Origin: an uncultured Gemmatimonadales bacterium
Lineage (GTDB): Bacteria > Gemmatimonadota > Gemmatimonadetes > Palauibacterales > Palauibacteraceae
Reading direction: 5' to 3'
Length of the DNA stretch: 64,000 nucleotides
NCBI GenBank assembly: GCA_963783385.1
Contig: CAWANJ010000009.1
Location: forward strand, 544,001-608,000
In this document: in pieces, positions 40,218 through 50,543 of the stretch
Layout of the letters: every line of letters starts with the position of its first letter
How positions within the stretch are numbered: the stretch's first letter is position 1
Translations under genes and position numbers: made by a program
The notes under the pieces: generated by a model
The model's input: only the letters and a program-made list of their open reading frames with translations
Databases searched by the model: none
Told to the model about the DNA's origin: nothing

Positions 40218-40777
40218 CCCTGCTCCTCGGCCGTCCAGCGTTCCCAGACGATCACGCTCCCCGCGTCCGCCCGGTGGCTCAGCGGCTCGAGCCCGTCCGC
40301 GTAGCCCACCGCCAGGATGGCCACCACCGGGACGTCGGCGGGGATGTCCGCCGCCTCGCGCACGTAGGGCTCCCGGAATCCGGTGAGCCAGCTCGTGGCC
40401 AGCCCCACGTCCGCGGCGGCCAGGGCCATGGTCTGGGTGGCCGCCGCGACATCCACCGGAAAGCTGGTGCGGCCGTTGCCGCTCACGTGTGAATGGATCC
40501 TGGCGCAGCAGAGGACCAGCACCGGAGCGGTGCGCGCGTGCGGGTGATTGAAGGCCGCCGCCGCGATCCGGTGACGGCGGAGACCCTCGCGCACGACGAC
40601 GAACCTCCACGGCTGGGCCTCTCCGGCCAATGGAGCCCAGCGTGCCGCCTCGAGCACGCTCGACAGCGCTTCGTCGGGGACGGGACGGTCCGCGAACCGC
40701 GTGGGAGGCCTGCGGTTGCGAACGAGGCTGAGGAGCCGGGAAGTACGGGTCACCAAAGCCGCCCGTTCCCGGACCAT
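40214..40777 (-). CDS. Nitroreductase family protein
   Basis: RNRR, LEAARWAP...QPWRFVVV, MALAAADVGLATSWL, LAVGY. Confidence 0.9.
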   Translation of the reverse strand: MVRERAALVTRTSRLLSLVRNRRPPTRFADRPVPDEALSSVLEAARWAPLAGEAQPWRFVVVREGLRRHRIAAAAFNHPHARTAPVLVLCCARIHSHVSGNGRTSFPVDVAAATQTMALAAADVGLATSWLTGFREPYVREAADIPADVPVVAILAVGYADGLEPLSHRADAGSVIVWERWTAEEQG

Positions 40778-40796
40778 CCTGCGATGCGGAGCGCTC

Positions 40797-41690
40797 TCAT
40801 CCGCGGGGATGGAAGCTGCGGTGCACCTGCTTGAGGTAGGCGCGGTCCACGTGCGTGTAGATCTGCGTCGTGCTGATGTCGGCGTGGCCCAGCATCTCCT
40901 GCACCGCAGCGAGGTCCGCCCCGCCCTCGAGGAGGTGCGTGGCGAAGGAATGCCGGAACGTGTGCGGGCTCACCGACCGGCGAATGCCGGCCCGCTCCAC
41001 GTGCCGGCGGACGACCTTCCAGGCGCCCACCCGCGTCAGGGGTCGGCCGTGGTGGTTGAGGAACACCACACCGCGGCTCTCGCCCCGGTCCAGGCGGGGA
41101 CGCGTTTCCCGAAGGTAGCGGCGCAGCGCGTCGATCGCACGGGCGCCCAGGGGCACGAGGCGCTCCTTGGAGCCCTTTCCGCGGACCCGCAGGAGCTCTT
41201 CGTCCAGCAGCAGGTCCAGGATCTCCAGGCCCACGAGCTCGGAGACCCGCAGCCCCGCGCCGTACAGCGTCTCCAGCATGGCCCGGTCCCGGAAGGCCAG
41301 CTCGTGCTCGATCGGAACGGCCGCCAGGATGCGCTCGACCTCGGGGTAGCTGAGGACGTCGGGCAGGGAGCGGCCGGACCGGGGCGATTCCAGCCTCTCG
41401 GTGGGGTCCGAGTCACAGTGTCCTTCGGCCACCGCGAAGGCGAAGTACGCCCGGATCGCGGACAGCTTGCGGGCCACGGTGGAGCCCGCCAGCCCGCGCT
41501 CGACCAGGTCGACGACGAAGTCCCGCAGTCGTCCGTAGTCCACCTCGTCCGCACCGACGGCCCCCCCGGCGCGCACGAACGCGGCCATCTGGCGGCAGTC
41601 CCGCACGTACGCTTCCACCGTCCGGTCGGCCAGCCCCCGCTCGAAGCGCAGGTAGTCCTCGAACGGCTCCAGGAAGAACTCGCGGCTCAC
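40797..41690 (-). CDS. xerD: Tyrosine recombinase XerD
   Basis: ERGLADRTVEAY, RDRAMLETLYGAGLRVSEL, GKGSKERLVP, SPHTFRHSFATHLL, LGHADISTTQIYTHV, HPR. Confidence 0.93.
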   Translation of the reverse strand: MSREFFLEPFEDYLRFERGLADRTVEAYVRDCRQMAAFVRAGGAVGADEVDYGRLRDFVVDLVERGLAGSTVARKLSAIRAYFAFAVAEGHCDSDPTERLESPRSGRSLPDVLSYPEVERILAAVPIEHELAFRDRAMLETLYGAGLRVSELVGLEILDLLLDEELLRVRGKGSKERLVPLGARAIDALRRYLRETRPRLDRGESRGVVFLNHHGRPLTRVGAWKVVRRHVERAGIRRSVSPHTFRHSFATHLLEGGADLAAVQEMLGHADISTTQIYTHVDRAYLKQVHRSFHPRG

Positions 41691-42328
41691 CCGCCGTCCT
41701 CTCCCGCATCCTGGTGATGATGGCGCGTGCGCCACCACCACCAGGCCGCCGCCGCCGCCGCGACCAGGGCCGCCGCCAGCAGGCCCCGGTTCATGCCCTG
41801 TACCCAGCCCACCAGCCGCGGGATGTTGCGCGACGCCAGGACGCCCAGCTCGAGCAGGGCCCCGTACCACAGGGCCGAGGCGATCCCCAGCGGCAGGAGC
41901 GTACGCCACAGTCCGAGTCCGCTGATCCCGGCGAACACGGGGACCAGCACCCGGAACACGGGCACGAAGCGACTCACGAAGATGGTCGGCATGCCGTAGC
42001 GGTCGTAGAACCTCGACAGCCGCTCGAGCTGGTGAGGCCTGAGAAGCCAGTGGCCCCAGCGTGTCTCGAACACCGCCCGGCCGTAGCGACGGGCCGCCAC
42101 GTACACCAGTCCGGCCAGCACCACGTTGGCCACCCACGCCACCGCGATCACCAGATCCCCCTGGATCACGCCACGGTCGGCCAGGACGCCCCCCACGATG
42201 ACGAACGTGTCCGACGGGACGGGCGGGAAGATGTTCTCGAGGGCCGCCCCGGCGCCGATCACCAGGTAGACGCTGGCGACCGGGAGCGAGGCAATGGCGG
42301 AGAGGATCCGCTCCAGGGCGTCGGTCAC
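41687..42328 (-). CDS. DedA family membrane protein
   Basis: ENIFPPVPSD, RYG..TIFVSRFVPVFR, AG. Confidence 0.92.
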   Translation of the reverse strand: MTDALERILSAIASLPVASVYLVIGAGAALENIFPPVPSDTFVIVGGVLADRGVIQGDLVIAVAWVANVVLAGLVYVAARRYGRAVFETRWGHWLLRPHQLERLSRFYDRYGMPTIFVSRFVPVFRVLVPVFAGISGLGLWRTLLPLGIASALWYGALLELGVLASRNIPRLVGWVQGMNRGLLAAALVAAAAAAWWWWRTRHHHQDAGEDGG

Positions 42329-42343
42329 GAGCGCCTCCGGTCG

Positions 42344-42859
42344 TCAGCCGCCCGAGCGGATCGACGCGTGCAGCGTGTCCAGGTCCCGTATGGAGTCGAG
42401 AAGGGCCACGGCCAGGACGGCGACCCCCTCGCCCCGCCCGATCCATCCCATGCCCTCGTTCGACTTGCCCCGGACGTTCACCGCCGAGGGCGGCACGTGC
42501 AGGACCCCGGCCATGCGGACGGCCATCGCTCCGGCGTGGGGCGCGATGCGAGGACTCTCGGCCACCACCGTCACGTCCACGTTCACCACCTGATAGTTCT
42601 CGCCCTCCACGCGCCGGACCGCCTCGTGGAGCATCGGGAGGGAGTCGGCCCCGGCCAGCTCCGGGTCCGTGTCCGGGAACAGGTCCCCGATGCTGCCCAT
42701 GCCCACCGCCCCTAGAATCGCATCGACGACCGCGTGCAGCACGGCGTCGCCGTCCGAGTGGCCTCCCAGCCCCGCGTGCCCGGTGACGGTCACGCCGCCC
42801 AGGCGCAGGGGTCGTCCGGGATCGAAGGGGTGGGAGTCGTACCCGAGGCCTACGCGCAT
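42344..42859 (-). CDS. ispF: 2-C-methyl-D-erythritol 2,4-cyclodiphosphate synthase
   Basis: RVGLGYDSH, GHSDGDAVLHA, IGDLFPD, EGMGWIGRGEG. Confidence 0.96.
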   Translation of the reverse strand: MRVGLGYDSHPFDPGRPLRLGGVTVTGHAGLGGHSDGDAVLHAVVDAILGAVGMGSIGDLFPDTDPELAGADSLPMLHEAVRRVEGENYQVVNVDVTVVAESPRIAPHAGAMAVRMAGVLHVPPSAVNVRGKSNEGMGWIGRGEGVAVLAVALLDSIRDLDTLHASIRSGG

Positions 42860-42922
42860 GAAGCGGACGGCACCCGACCGCCCAAGCGCGAGCGGCCGGT
42901 CACCCGGTCGCTGCGCACGAGG

Positions 42923-44177
42923 CTAGTCCTCGTCCCAGCGGCCGATGGCGAGGGCCACGTTGTGACCGCCGAAGCCGAACGAGTTGGAGAGCGCCGTCCG
43001 AACGGGCCTCTCCGTGACTCCCCGGTGTCCGTAATCGAGGTCGCACTCCGGATCGGCTTCCTCGAAATTGATCGTCGGTGGGATGAGGCCCTCCCGGCAC
43101 ACGAGCGTCGAGATCACGGTCTCGACGGCGCCGGCCGCACCCAGGCTGTGTCCGGTCATCGACTTGGTGGACCCCACCACGATCTCGTACGCCCTCTCCC
43201 CGAACACCTTCTTGATGGCCACCGTCTCGGTTGCGTCGTTGGCCGGGGTGGACGTTCCGTGGGCGTTGATATAGTCGATGTCGCCCGGCTCGAGGTTCGC
43301 ATCCAGGAGCGCATGGCGCATCGCCACCTGCGCTCCGGCTCCCTCCGGGGGCGGGGCGGTCATGTGATACGCATCCGCGCTCTGTCCGAAGCCCTTCAGC
43401 TCCGCCAAGATCGTGGCGCCGCGGGCACGCGCGTGCTCCAGGCTCTCCATGATGACCATCCCCGACCCTTCGCCGAGCACGAATCCGTCCCGCCCGGCGT
43501 CGAACGGGCGTGAGGCCGCCTCGGGCGCGTCGTTCCGGGTGGACAGGGCCTTCATGCTGGAGAACCCGGCCACGCACAGCGGAGTGATCGTGGCCTCGGT
43601 GCCGCCGGCAATCATGACGTCCGCCTCCCCCGTCCGGATGGAGCGGAAGGCGAGGCCCACGGCGTGCGCGCTGGAGGCGCAGGCGGACACCGTGCAGTAA
43701 TTGGGGCCTCGAACGCCGTAGCGCATCGGAGATGAGTCCCGCAGCCATGTTGGCGATGAACATCGGGATGAAGAAGGGCGACACCCGGTCCGGTCCCCGC
43801 TCGAGCATCCGGATGTGCTGTTCCTCGAGGGTGGCCAGGCCACCAATGCCGCTGCCCACGATGACCCCCGTTCTATCGGGGGACTCGTCTCGCAGGATGT
43901 CGGCGACGCCCGCCGCCGCGACCGCCTGCTGAGCCGTCGCCAGCGCGAACTGGAGGAAGCGGTCGGTCCGCTTGACCTCCTTGCGGTCCAGGTACTCCGA
44001 GGGATCGAAGTCCTTGACCTCGCAAGCGAACCGGACGTCGTGCCGGGAAGCGTCGAACAGGGTGATCGGTGCCGCTCCGCTGCGCCCCGCGAGCAGGGAC
44101 TCCCAGGTGGAACGCACGTCGTTCCCCACCGCGGTGATGAGGCCGGTGCCCGTGATGACGACGCGTCGGCCGGTCAT
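42923..44177 (-). CDS. fabF: Beta-ketoacyl-ACP synthase II (frameshift near 43728)
   Basis: RRVVITG...[18 protein letters not shown] in one frame, [15 protein letters not shown]...INAHGTST...[10 protein letters not shown]...[10 protein letters not shown] in another. One extra base in TCCGATG. Confidence 0.93.
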
Positions 44178-44215
44178 GGGTCGCCCGCGCTCGGAGACTC
44201 GCGTCCGCCGACCTC

Positions 44216-44455
44216 TCAGTCCTCCTGCTTCTTGGAGAGGTACTCGATCGCGTCACCGACCGTCTGCATCCCCTCCGCATCCTCATCCGGGATCTCGATG
44301 CCGAACTCCTCTTCGAACGCCATGACGAGCTCGACGGTGTCCAGGGAGTCGGCACCCAGATCGTCCACGAAGTGGGCGTCATCGGTGACCTTCTCGATCT
44401 CGACGCCCAGCTCGCTGGCGATGATCTCCTTCACGCGCGCGGCCGTATCCGACAT
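44216..44455 (-). CDS. acpP: Acyl carrier protein
   Basis: [20 protein letters not shown]. Confidence 0.98.
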   Translation of the reverse strand: MSDTAARVKEIIASELGVEIEKVTDDAHFVDDLGADSLDTVELVMAFEEEFGIEIPDEDAEGMQTVGDAIEYLSKKQED

Positions 44456-44509
44456 GTGCGCTTCCTTTCTCGATGGTGATGGGTGTTTCGAACGACGCTG
44501 CGGTCGACC

Positions 44510-45247
44510 TCACATGACCATGCCGCCGTCCACGACCAGGACCTGCCCCGTGATATAGGAAGCCGCCGGACCGACCAGGAACCTCACGGCCCCGGCCACA
44601 TCGGACGGCTGCCCGAAGCGCCCCAGCGGAATGCGCTCGAACAGCGTGTTCCGCGCATCCTCGCTCAGGGACGCCGTCATCTCCGTCTCCACGAAGCCGG
44701 GCGCCACGGCGTTCACCAGAACGTCGCGGCTGGCCAGCTCCTGGGCCACGGACTTGGTGAGCCCTACGAGGCCCGCTTTGGACGCCGCATAGTTGGCCTG
44801 CCCGCGGTTCCCCGTCAAGCCCACGACACTGGCGATGTTCACGATGCGCCCGCTTCGCCGCTTCATCATGCCCCGGGCCACGGCACGCATCATGTAGAAC
44901 GCACCGCGCAAGTTCGTGTCCAACACCGCGTCCCAGTCCTCGTCCTTGAGGCGGACGAGGATGTTGTCCCGGGTGATGCCGGCGTTGTTGACCAGGATGT
45001 CCACCGGACCGAGGTCTTCATCCACCCGCTCGACCAGCGCCGTGCACGCTTCCCCGTCGGTGACGTCGCAACCGTAGCCGCGGCCTCCGGCTCCGCCGAG
45101 TGCCTCGGCCGCCTGCCCGGCCCGGTCCTCGGCTCGCGCGGTGACGGCCACCCGGGCCCCCGCCGCCGCCAGCTCCTCGGCCACGGCGAAGCCGATGCCC
45201 CGGGATCCACCCGAGACGACCGCGACCTTGCCCTCCAGCTCACCCAT
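44510..45247 (-). CDS. fabG: 3-oxoacyl-ACP reductase
   Basis: [31 protein letters not shown]. Confidence 0.96.
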   Translation of the reverse strand: MGELEGKVAVVSGGSRGIGFAVAEELAAAGARVAVTARAEDRAGQAAEALGGAGGRGYGCDVTDGEACTALVERVDEDLGPVDILVNNAGITRDNILVRLKDEDWDAVLDTNLRGAFYMMRAVARGMMKRRSGRIVNIASVVGLTGNRGQANYAASKAGLVGLTKSVAQELASRDVLVNAVAPGFVETEMTASLSEDARNTLFERIPLGRFGQPSDVAGAVRFLVGPAASYITGQVLVVDGGMVM

Positions 45248-46166
45248 GCTCCGCCTCCCTCCAGGCTCGTACGCTCTCGGCATCACCCACCGTCGCGGTC
45301 TCCAGGGAGCGGTCAATGCGGCGCAGGAGGCCGGTGAGGACCGTCCCCGGGCCGATCTCCAGCCAGCGGCGGGCGCCGGCTTCGAGCATCGCCCGCACGC
45401 TCTCCACCCAGCGCACCGGCGAGGTCAGCTGTTCGAGCAGCAGCTCCCGCGCCTCCTCTCCGCCGCGCACCGGACGTGCCGCCGCGTTGGCCACCACCGG
45501 GAACCCGGGGTCGCGGAACGTCGCCGCCGCGAGCGCCTCCGCCAGCCCATCGCGGGCCACCTCCATGAGGGGAGAGTGGAAGGCGCCGCTCACTTCGAGC
45601 GGAAGGACGCGCCTGGCCCCCGCATCCCGGGCTCGCTCCGACGCGGCCTCCACACCGGCCTCGTCCCCGCTGATCACCACCTGGCCGGGCGCATTGAAGT
45701 TGGCGGCCACGACCACGCCGTCTTCGACCGCCGCGCACGCCGCCCGGACCGCCTCATCGTCCAGGCCGATCACTGCGGCCATCGTGCCGTTCCGGGCGCG
45801 GGCCATCAGCTCGCCGCGCCTCCGCACGATCCGGAGCGCATCGGGGAAGGTGAGGGCCCCCGCACACAGGTAGGCCGTGAACTCGCCCAGGGAATGGCCT
45901 GCGGCCACCACGACCGAGGCTCTCACGGGCGCCGGCAGCAGTCGCCAGACCGCGTAGCTGTGCGTCAGGATGGCCGGCTGAGCGTTCTCGGTCCGGGTGA
46001 GCTCCTCGGCCGGCCCCTCCCGGCTCAGGCGGCCCAGCGGCACGCCCAGCACCTCCTCGGCCTCGGCATACAGCTCCGCCGCCTCCGGATACGCGTCCAC
46101 GAGGTCGGCCCCCATGCCCACGAACTGGGATCCCTGCCCCGGCAGCAGGAGCGCCGTGTCCGTCAT
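45240..46166 (-). CDS. fabD: Malonyl-CoA:ACP transacylase
   Basis: [29 protein letters not shown]. Confidence 0.97.
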   Translation of the reverse strand: MTDTALLLPGQGSQFVGMGADLVDAYPEAAELYAEAEEVLGVPLGRLSREGPAEELTRTENAQPAILTHSYAVWRLLPAPVRASVVVAAGHSLGEFTAYLCAGALTFPDALRIVRRRGELMARARNGTMAAVIGLDDEAVRAACAAVEDGVVVAANFNAPGQVVISGDEAGVEAASERARDAGARRVLPLEVSGAFHSPLMEVARDGLAEALAAATFRDPGFPVVANAAARPVRGGEEARELLLEQLTSPVRWVESVRAMLEAGARRWLEIGPGTVLTGLLRRIDRSLETATVGDAESVRAWREAEHG

Positions 46167-47170
46167 CACATCTCCCCTCGTCGGGTCCGGTTGGAGAGCT
46201 CCTCCAGGTCCCGGCCCAGGTCCGAGACCATGTCGGCGCGGACCGAGTCGACCGCCACGGAGAGGGCATTCCGAACGGCCCGCGGCGGCGAGGAGCCATG
46301 GCACAGCACCACGACCCCATCCACGCCGAGGAGCGGGGCCCCTCCGTACTCCGTGTAGTCCAGCATGCGCTCCACCGGTCCCGGCTCGCGCGATCCCTCG
46401 CCGGCCTGCGCTTGCTCCCGCCGTAGCAGCCCGACAATGAACCCCGCCATGGACTCGTAGAACTTCAGCAGCACGTTGCCCACGAATCCGTCGCACACGA
46501 GGACGTCGCAGCGTCCCTCGATGATGCGGTGGCCCTCCACGTTGCCGACGAAGTGCAGCTCGGGGTCCTCGCGCAGGAGCTCGTGGGTCGCCACCGCCAG
46601 GTCGTCCCCCTTCTCCTTCTCCTCTCCCACGTTGAGGAGACCGACACGCGGCACCTCGACGCCCCACAGATCCCGCACGTAGATGTTACCCAGGTGGGCG
46701 AACTGGTGGAGGTGGGCGGGTCGGCAGCCGACGTTGGCCCCCGCATCGAGGACGAGGACGGGGCGGTCGGCGGTCGGGAACAGCGCGCCGACCGTAGGCC
46801 GGTCGACGCCCGGGAGTCTGCCGAGCACGAACAGCGAGGCGGCCAGGACGGCGCCGGTCGATCCGGCCGAGACGAATGCATCGGCCTCCCCTTCCCGCTG
46901 CAGCCGGAGGCCGACCACGATCGAGCTATCGGGCTTGCGCCGCACCGCCTGAACCGGGGGCTCGTTCATGGCGATGGTCTGGCGCGCCGGGACGATCCGC
47001 AGGCGCTCCGGGGGCTGCCCCGCGTCGCGTACGGCCGGCTCGAGGCTGTCGGGGTCCCCGACCAGCAGGATGGAGAGGGCCTCGGGTCCGTCCGTCAGGG
47101 CGCCCAGCGCCGCGCGCACGGGCACCTCCGGGGCGTCATCGCCCCCCATGGCGTCCAGCGCGATCCGCAC
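46166..47170 (-). CDS. plsX: Phosphate acyltransferase PlsX
   Basis: IALDAMGGDDAP, SAGSTGA, LDAGAN, LNVGEE..KG, DGFVGNVLLK, GGAPLLG, HGSS. Confidence 0.96.
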   Translation of the reverse strand: MRIALDAMGGDDAPEVPVRAALGALTDGPEALSILLVGDPDSLEPAVRDAGQPPERLRIVPARQTIAMNEPPVQAVRRKPDSSIVVGLRLQREGEADAFVSAGSTGAVLAASLFVLGRLPGVDRPTVGALFPTADRPVLVLDAGANVGCRPAHLHQFAHLGNIYVRDLWGVEVPRVGLLNVGEEKEKGDDLAVATHELLREDPELHFVGNVEGHRIIEGRCDVLVCDGFVGNVLLKFYESMAGFIVGLLRREQAQAGEGSREPGPVERMLDYTEYGGAPLLGVDGVVVLCHGSSPPRAVRNALSVAVDSVRADMVSDLGRDLEELSNRTRRGEM

Positions 47171-47216
47171 GGGCGCTCGCCGGCCTCGGGCGGACGTGGG
47201 CCGGGATGAGTCGGAG

Positions 47217-47399
47217 CTAGAACTCCTCGATCTCGACGACCTGCTCGCCGTCGTAGTGCCCGCAGGTCGGGCAGACGTGGTGCGGCCGGCGGAAGTCGCC
47301 GCAGCGCGGACAGGCCTGGTGGGCCGCCGGCTGGTCGGCGTGGTGTGTGCGCCGCTTCCGCTTGCGCTGCTTCGACGTTCTCTTCTTGGGAACGGCCAT
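47217..47399 (-). CDS. rpmF: 50S ribosomal protein bL32 (Zn-binding form)
   Basis: MAVPKKRTSK...CPRC...HHVCPTCGHY. Confidence 0.97.
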   Translation of the reverse strand: MAVPKKRTSKQRKRKRRTHHADQPAAHQACPRCGDFRRPHHVCPTCGHYDGEQVVEIEEF

Positions 47400-47451
47400 G
47401 ATCTCGATCCTCGCGATTCGTCCAGGTTGGTGGGGGTCGGACAACCTCCGG

Positions 47452-47985
47452 TCAGCCGGTGGCCGTCTCGCCCTGCTTGAGCTTCCTCAGCACGTCCCAG
47501 CGGGGGTCCGGCTCCGTGAGGACGCAGTCGCAACTCCCCTCGTTCCAATCGGCGCCACAGCGGGGACACAGCCCCGCACAGTCCTCCCGGCACACCGGGT
47601 ACGGTGGCAGCGCCAGCAGCAGCTGCTCGCGCAGCGCCGGCATCAGGTCCAGCGTGTCCGACCCGCCTTCCAGAGGGTAGACCTGCCCCTCGGAATCCTG
47701 CTCCCGCACACTCCGGTCGTACAGGAGGTCCAGGTCGAGCGCGATCGTGCGGCGCAGCGGCTTCAGGCACCGTCGGCAGGCGAGCTGCACCGGCGCCTCC
47801 AGCCGACCCGTCGCGTGCACGCCGCGCGAACCCGTGATGCGGGCCCGCAGCTCCGCCACCGGCGCCTCGACGAACGTCACGTCGACATCCGCCCACGGGC
47901 CCTCCTCCACCGGGAGACGGGCCGTCCAGGACCGCGGCTTTCGCTCCAGGTCCCGGAGGTCGAGCTGCAACGTCGGTGGGTTCAT
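47452..47985 (-). CDS. yceD: YceD/DUF177 family protein
   Basis: CRRCL, LLALP...CREDCAGLCPRCG.D.N...C.C...DPRW..L. Lies upstream of rpmF. Confidence 0.92.
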   Translation of the reverse strand: MNPPTLQLDLRDLERKPRSWTARLPVEEGPWADVDVTFVEAPVAELRARITGSRGVHATGRLEAPVQLACRRCLKPLRRTIALDLDLLYDRSVREQDSEGQVYPLEGGSDTLDLMPALREQLLLALPPYPVCREDCAGLCPRCGADWNEGSCDCVLTEPDPRWDVLRKLKQGETATG

Positions 47986-48009
47986 GGATACGCCCGGCCG
48001 GACGCGGCG

Positions 48010-48438
48010 TCAATCGATGTCCACCAGTTCCGCCCCGGGAAAAAAGAACCCCAGCTCGAGCCGGGCGTTCTCCTCGGAGTCCGAAGCATGGATGGCGTTG
48101 CGCTCCACGCTCTCCGCGTAGAGCGCCCGCACCGACCCCTCGGCCGCCTTCGAGGGGTCGGTAGCCCCGATCACCTCCCTGAGCCTGGGCACGGCGTCGT
48201 CGCCTTCCAGGGCCAGGGGCATGCAGGGCCCCGAAGTCATGAATGCTACAAGCGATTCGTAGAAAGGTTTCCCGCGGTGAACGGCGTAGAACGCCCGCGC
48301 CTGCGGGGCCGTGAGCCTGAGCACGCGAGTGGCCACGACCCGGAAGCCCTCGCCCTCCAGGTGCGCGAGGATGTCGCCGGCATGGCCGCTACCGAACGCG
48401 TCGGGCTTGATGATGGCGAGCGTCCTGTCGACCCCCAT
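48010..48438 (-). CDS. ndk: Nucleoside diphosphate kinase
   Basis: RTLAIIKPDA, FY..H..KPF, MTSGP, GATDP, NAIHASDS. Confidence 0.97.
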   Translation of the reverse strand: MGVDRTLAIIKPDAFGSGHAGDILAHLEGEGFRVVATRVLRLTAPQARAFYAVHRGKPFYESLVAFMTSGPCMPLALEGDDAVPRLREVIGATDPSKAAEGSVRALYAESVERNAIHASDSEENARLELGFFFPGAELVDID

Positions 48439-49316
48439 CACACCTCCCCCATCCAGCCGGCGACGATGTCTCCGATCTCCGAAGGTCGCCGCGCTACGGC
48501 GATGCCGAGGTCCTCGAACGTCTTCATCTTCTCGGCCGCCGTGCCCTCGGACCCGCTGATGATGGCCCCCGCGTGGCCCATGCGCCGGCCCGGCGGCGCC
48601 GTCTGGCCCGCGATGAAGCCGACCAGAGGCTTGCTGAGGTTCTCCTTCGCCCAGTGGGCGGCCACCTGCTCGTCCGTGCCGCCGATCTCGCCGATCAGCA
48701 CCACGGCCTCGGTGTCGTCGTCCTCCTCGAAGGCCCGCAGGCAGTCGACGAAGTCCGTTCCGATGATCGGGTCGCCACCGATCCCGATGCAGGTCGACTG
48801 GCCCACGCCCCGTGTGGTGAGCTGGTGGATCACCTCGTAGGTGAGCGTCCCCGAGCGGCTCACGATCCCCACTCCGCCCTCCCGCACGATCTGGCCCGGA
48901 AGGATCCCGATCTTGGCCTGGCCGGGGACGATGAGGCCCGGGCAGTTGGGCCCGATGAGCCGCACGTCGCGCTCCTCCAGGTAGGGCATGACCCGCATCA
49001 TGTCCCGCACCGGGAGGCCCTCCGTGATGCACACCACGAGCCCCACGTCGCTGTCGGCCGCCTCGAACACGGCGTCAGCGGCGAAGCGCGCCGGGACGAA
49101 GATGACGCTGGCCTCGGCCCCCGTCTCCTCGACCGCCTGCTCGACCGTATCGAACACCGGAACGGCGTCGTCGAATCGCTGACCGCCCTTCCCCGGTGTC
49201 ACACCGGCCACCACGTTCGTCCCGTACTCGATCATCTGTCGGGCATGGAACGAACCGTCCCGGCCCGTGATGCCCTGGACCACCACCCGCGTCTCGCCAT
49301 CTATGAACACGCTCAT
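48438..49316 (-). CDS. sucD: Succinyl-CoA synthetase alpha subunit
   Basis: [36 protein letters not shown]. Confidence 0.98.
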   Translation of the reverse strand: MSVFIDGETRVVVQGITGRDGSFHARQMIEYGTNVVAGVTPGKGGQRFDDAVPVFDTVEQAVEETGAEASVIFVPARFAADAVFEAADSDVGLVVCITEGLPVRDMMRVMPYLEERDVRLIGPNCPGLIVPGQAKIGILPGQIVREGGVGIVSRSGTLTYEVIHQLTTRGVGQSTCIGIGGDPIIGTDFVDCLRAFEEDDDTEAVVLIGEIGGTDEQVAAHWAKENLSKPLVGFIAGQTAPPGRRMGHAGAIISGSEGTAAEKMKTFEDLGIAVARRPSEIGDIVAGWMGEV

Positions 49317-50443
49317 GACACCGCCTCCACCGCGCGCTGGACGGCCTCGTCCATGTCGACCATGGCCTGGAACCCGTGCTCCTCGAGGATCGCGACCCCC
49401 TCCTCCTCGTTGGTTCCGGTGAGCCGGATCGTGATCGGGCGGTCGAGGTCCAGACGGTCGGTGGCCTCCACGATCCCGTTGGCCACGTCGTCGCACCGGG
49501 TGATCCCGCCGAAGATGTTGAACAGGATGGAGCGGACGTGGGGATCCTCTCCGATGATCGACAGGGCCGCGACCACCTTGTCGGGATTGGAGGAGCCCCC
49601 GATGTCGAGGAAGTTGGCGGGCTCCCCGCCGTAGTACTTGACCAGGTCCATGGTGGCCATGGCCAGGCCCGCCCCATTCACGCAACAGCCCACGTTGCCG
49701 TCGAGCCTGATGTAGCTGAGGCCCGCCTCGCGCGCCCGGCGCTCCGACGGCGCCTCGGCCTCCTCGTCACGCATGGCCGCGATGTCGGGTTGCCGGAAGA
49801 GCTCGTTGTCGTCGATGTTCATCTTGGCGTCGATCGCGACCACGTCCCCGTCCGGCGTCACCACCAGGGGGTTCACCTCGGCCAGCGTGGCCCCGGAGTC
49901 CTCGTACGCGTGCCACAGGCGATGGAGGACGTCGGAGGCCTGACGCACGACGACGATGTCGTCGTACAGGTGGAAGGCGAGCCGCGCCGCCTGGTGGTTG
50001 AGGAGGCCGTATCGCGGATCGATCGGCTGCCGGTGGATGGCCTCCGGGTTGTCTCGGGCCACCTCCTCGATGTCGATCCCACCCTCCGCGGAGACCATGA
50101 ACACCGGCCGCTGGCTGGCCCGGTCCATGACGATGCCCACGTAGGCCTCCGAGGCGATCTCGGCGGCGGGGGTGACCAGCACCTTGTGGACCGTGAGGCC
50201 CTTGATCTGCATGCCCAGGATGGCCCCGGCCGCCTCGGCGGCCTCCTCCGGTCCCGCGGCCAGCTTGACGCCGCCGGCCTTGCCCCGGCCGCCGGCGTGC
50301 ACCTGCGCTTTGACCACGACCCGGCCACCGTACTCCTCGGCCAGCGCCGCGGCGGCCTCGGGGCTCGTGGCGATCTCGCCCGGCGGCACGGGCATTCCGT
50401 GCGCCCGGAAGATCTCCTTCGCCTGATATTCGTGAATGTTCAT
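49313..50443 (-). CDS. sucC: Succinyl-CoA synthetase beta subunit
   Basis: [53 protein letters not shown]. Confidence 0.98.
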   Translation of the reverse strand: MNIHEYQAKEIFRAHGMPVPPGEIATSPEAAAALAEEYGGRVVVKAQVHAGGRGKAGGVKLAAGPEEAAEAAGAILGMQIKGLTVHKVLVTPAAEIASEAYVGIVMDRASQRPVFMVSAEGGIDIEEVARDNPEAIHRQPIDPRYGLLNHQAARLAFHLYDDIVVVRQASDVLHRLWHAYEDSGATLAEVNPLVVTPDGDVVAIDAKMNIDDNELFRQPDIAAMRDEEAEAPSERRAREAGLSYIRLDGNVGCCVNGAGLAMATMDLVKYYGGEPANFLDIGGSSNPDKVVAALSIIGEDPHVRSILFNIFGGITRCDDVANGIVEATDRLDLDRPITIRLTGTNEEEGVAILEEHGFQAMVDMDEAVQRAVEAVS

Positions 50444-50507
50444 CCTCGCTCCGTGTCGATGTCGTGGCTTCGCCGCGCGCCGGGTCCCACCGGACGCGGT
50501 GCCGGCC

Positions 50508-50523
50508 GTCCGGCGTACCGGAC
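50508..50523 (-). other. GC-rich hairpin with UNCG-type loop between arcC and sucC
   Basis: Minus strand reads GTCCGG-TACG-CCGGAC, a perfect 6-bp stem with no U-tract. Confidence 0.4.
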
Positions 50524-50543
50524 AACTGTCTCCCTACCTCACC

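Noticed and set aside
40797-41690. Tyrosine recombinase as a phage or island integrase
   Set aside because: Length and motifs fit chromosomal XerD. It is coupled to dedA, with no att repeats, tRNA or cargo genes.
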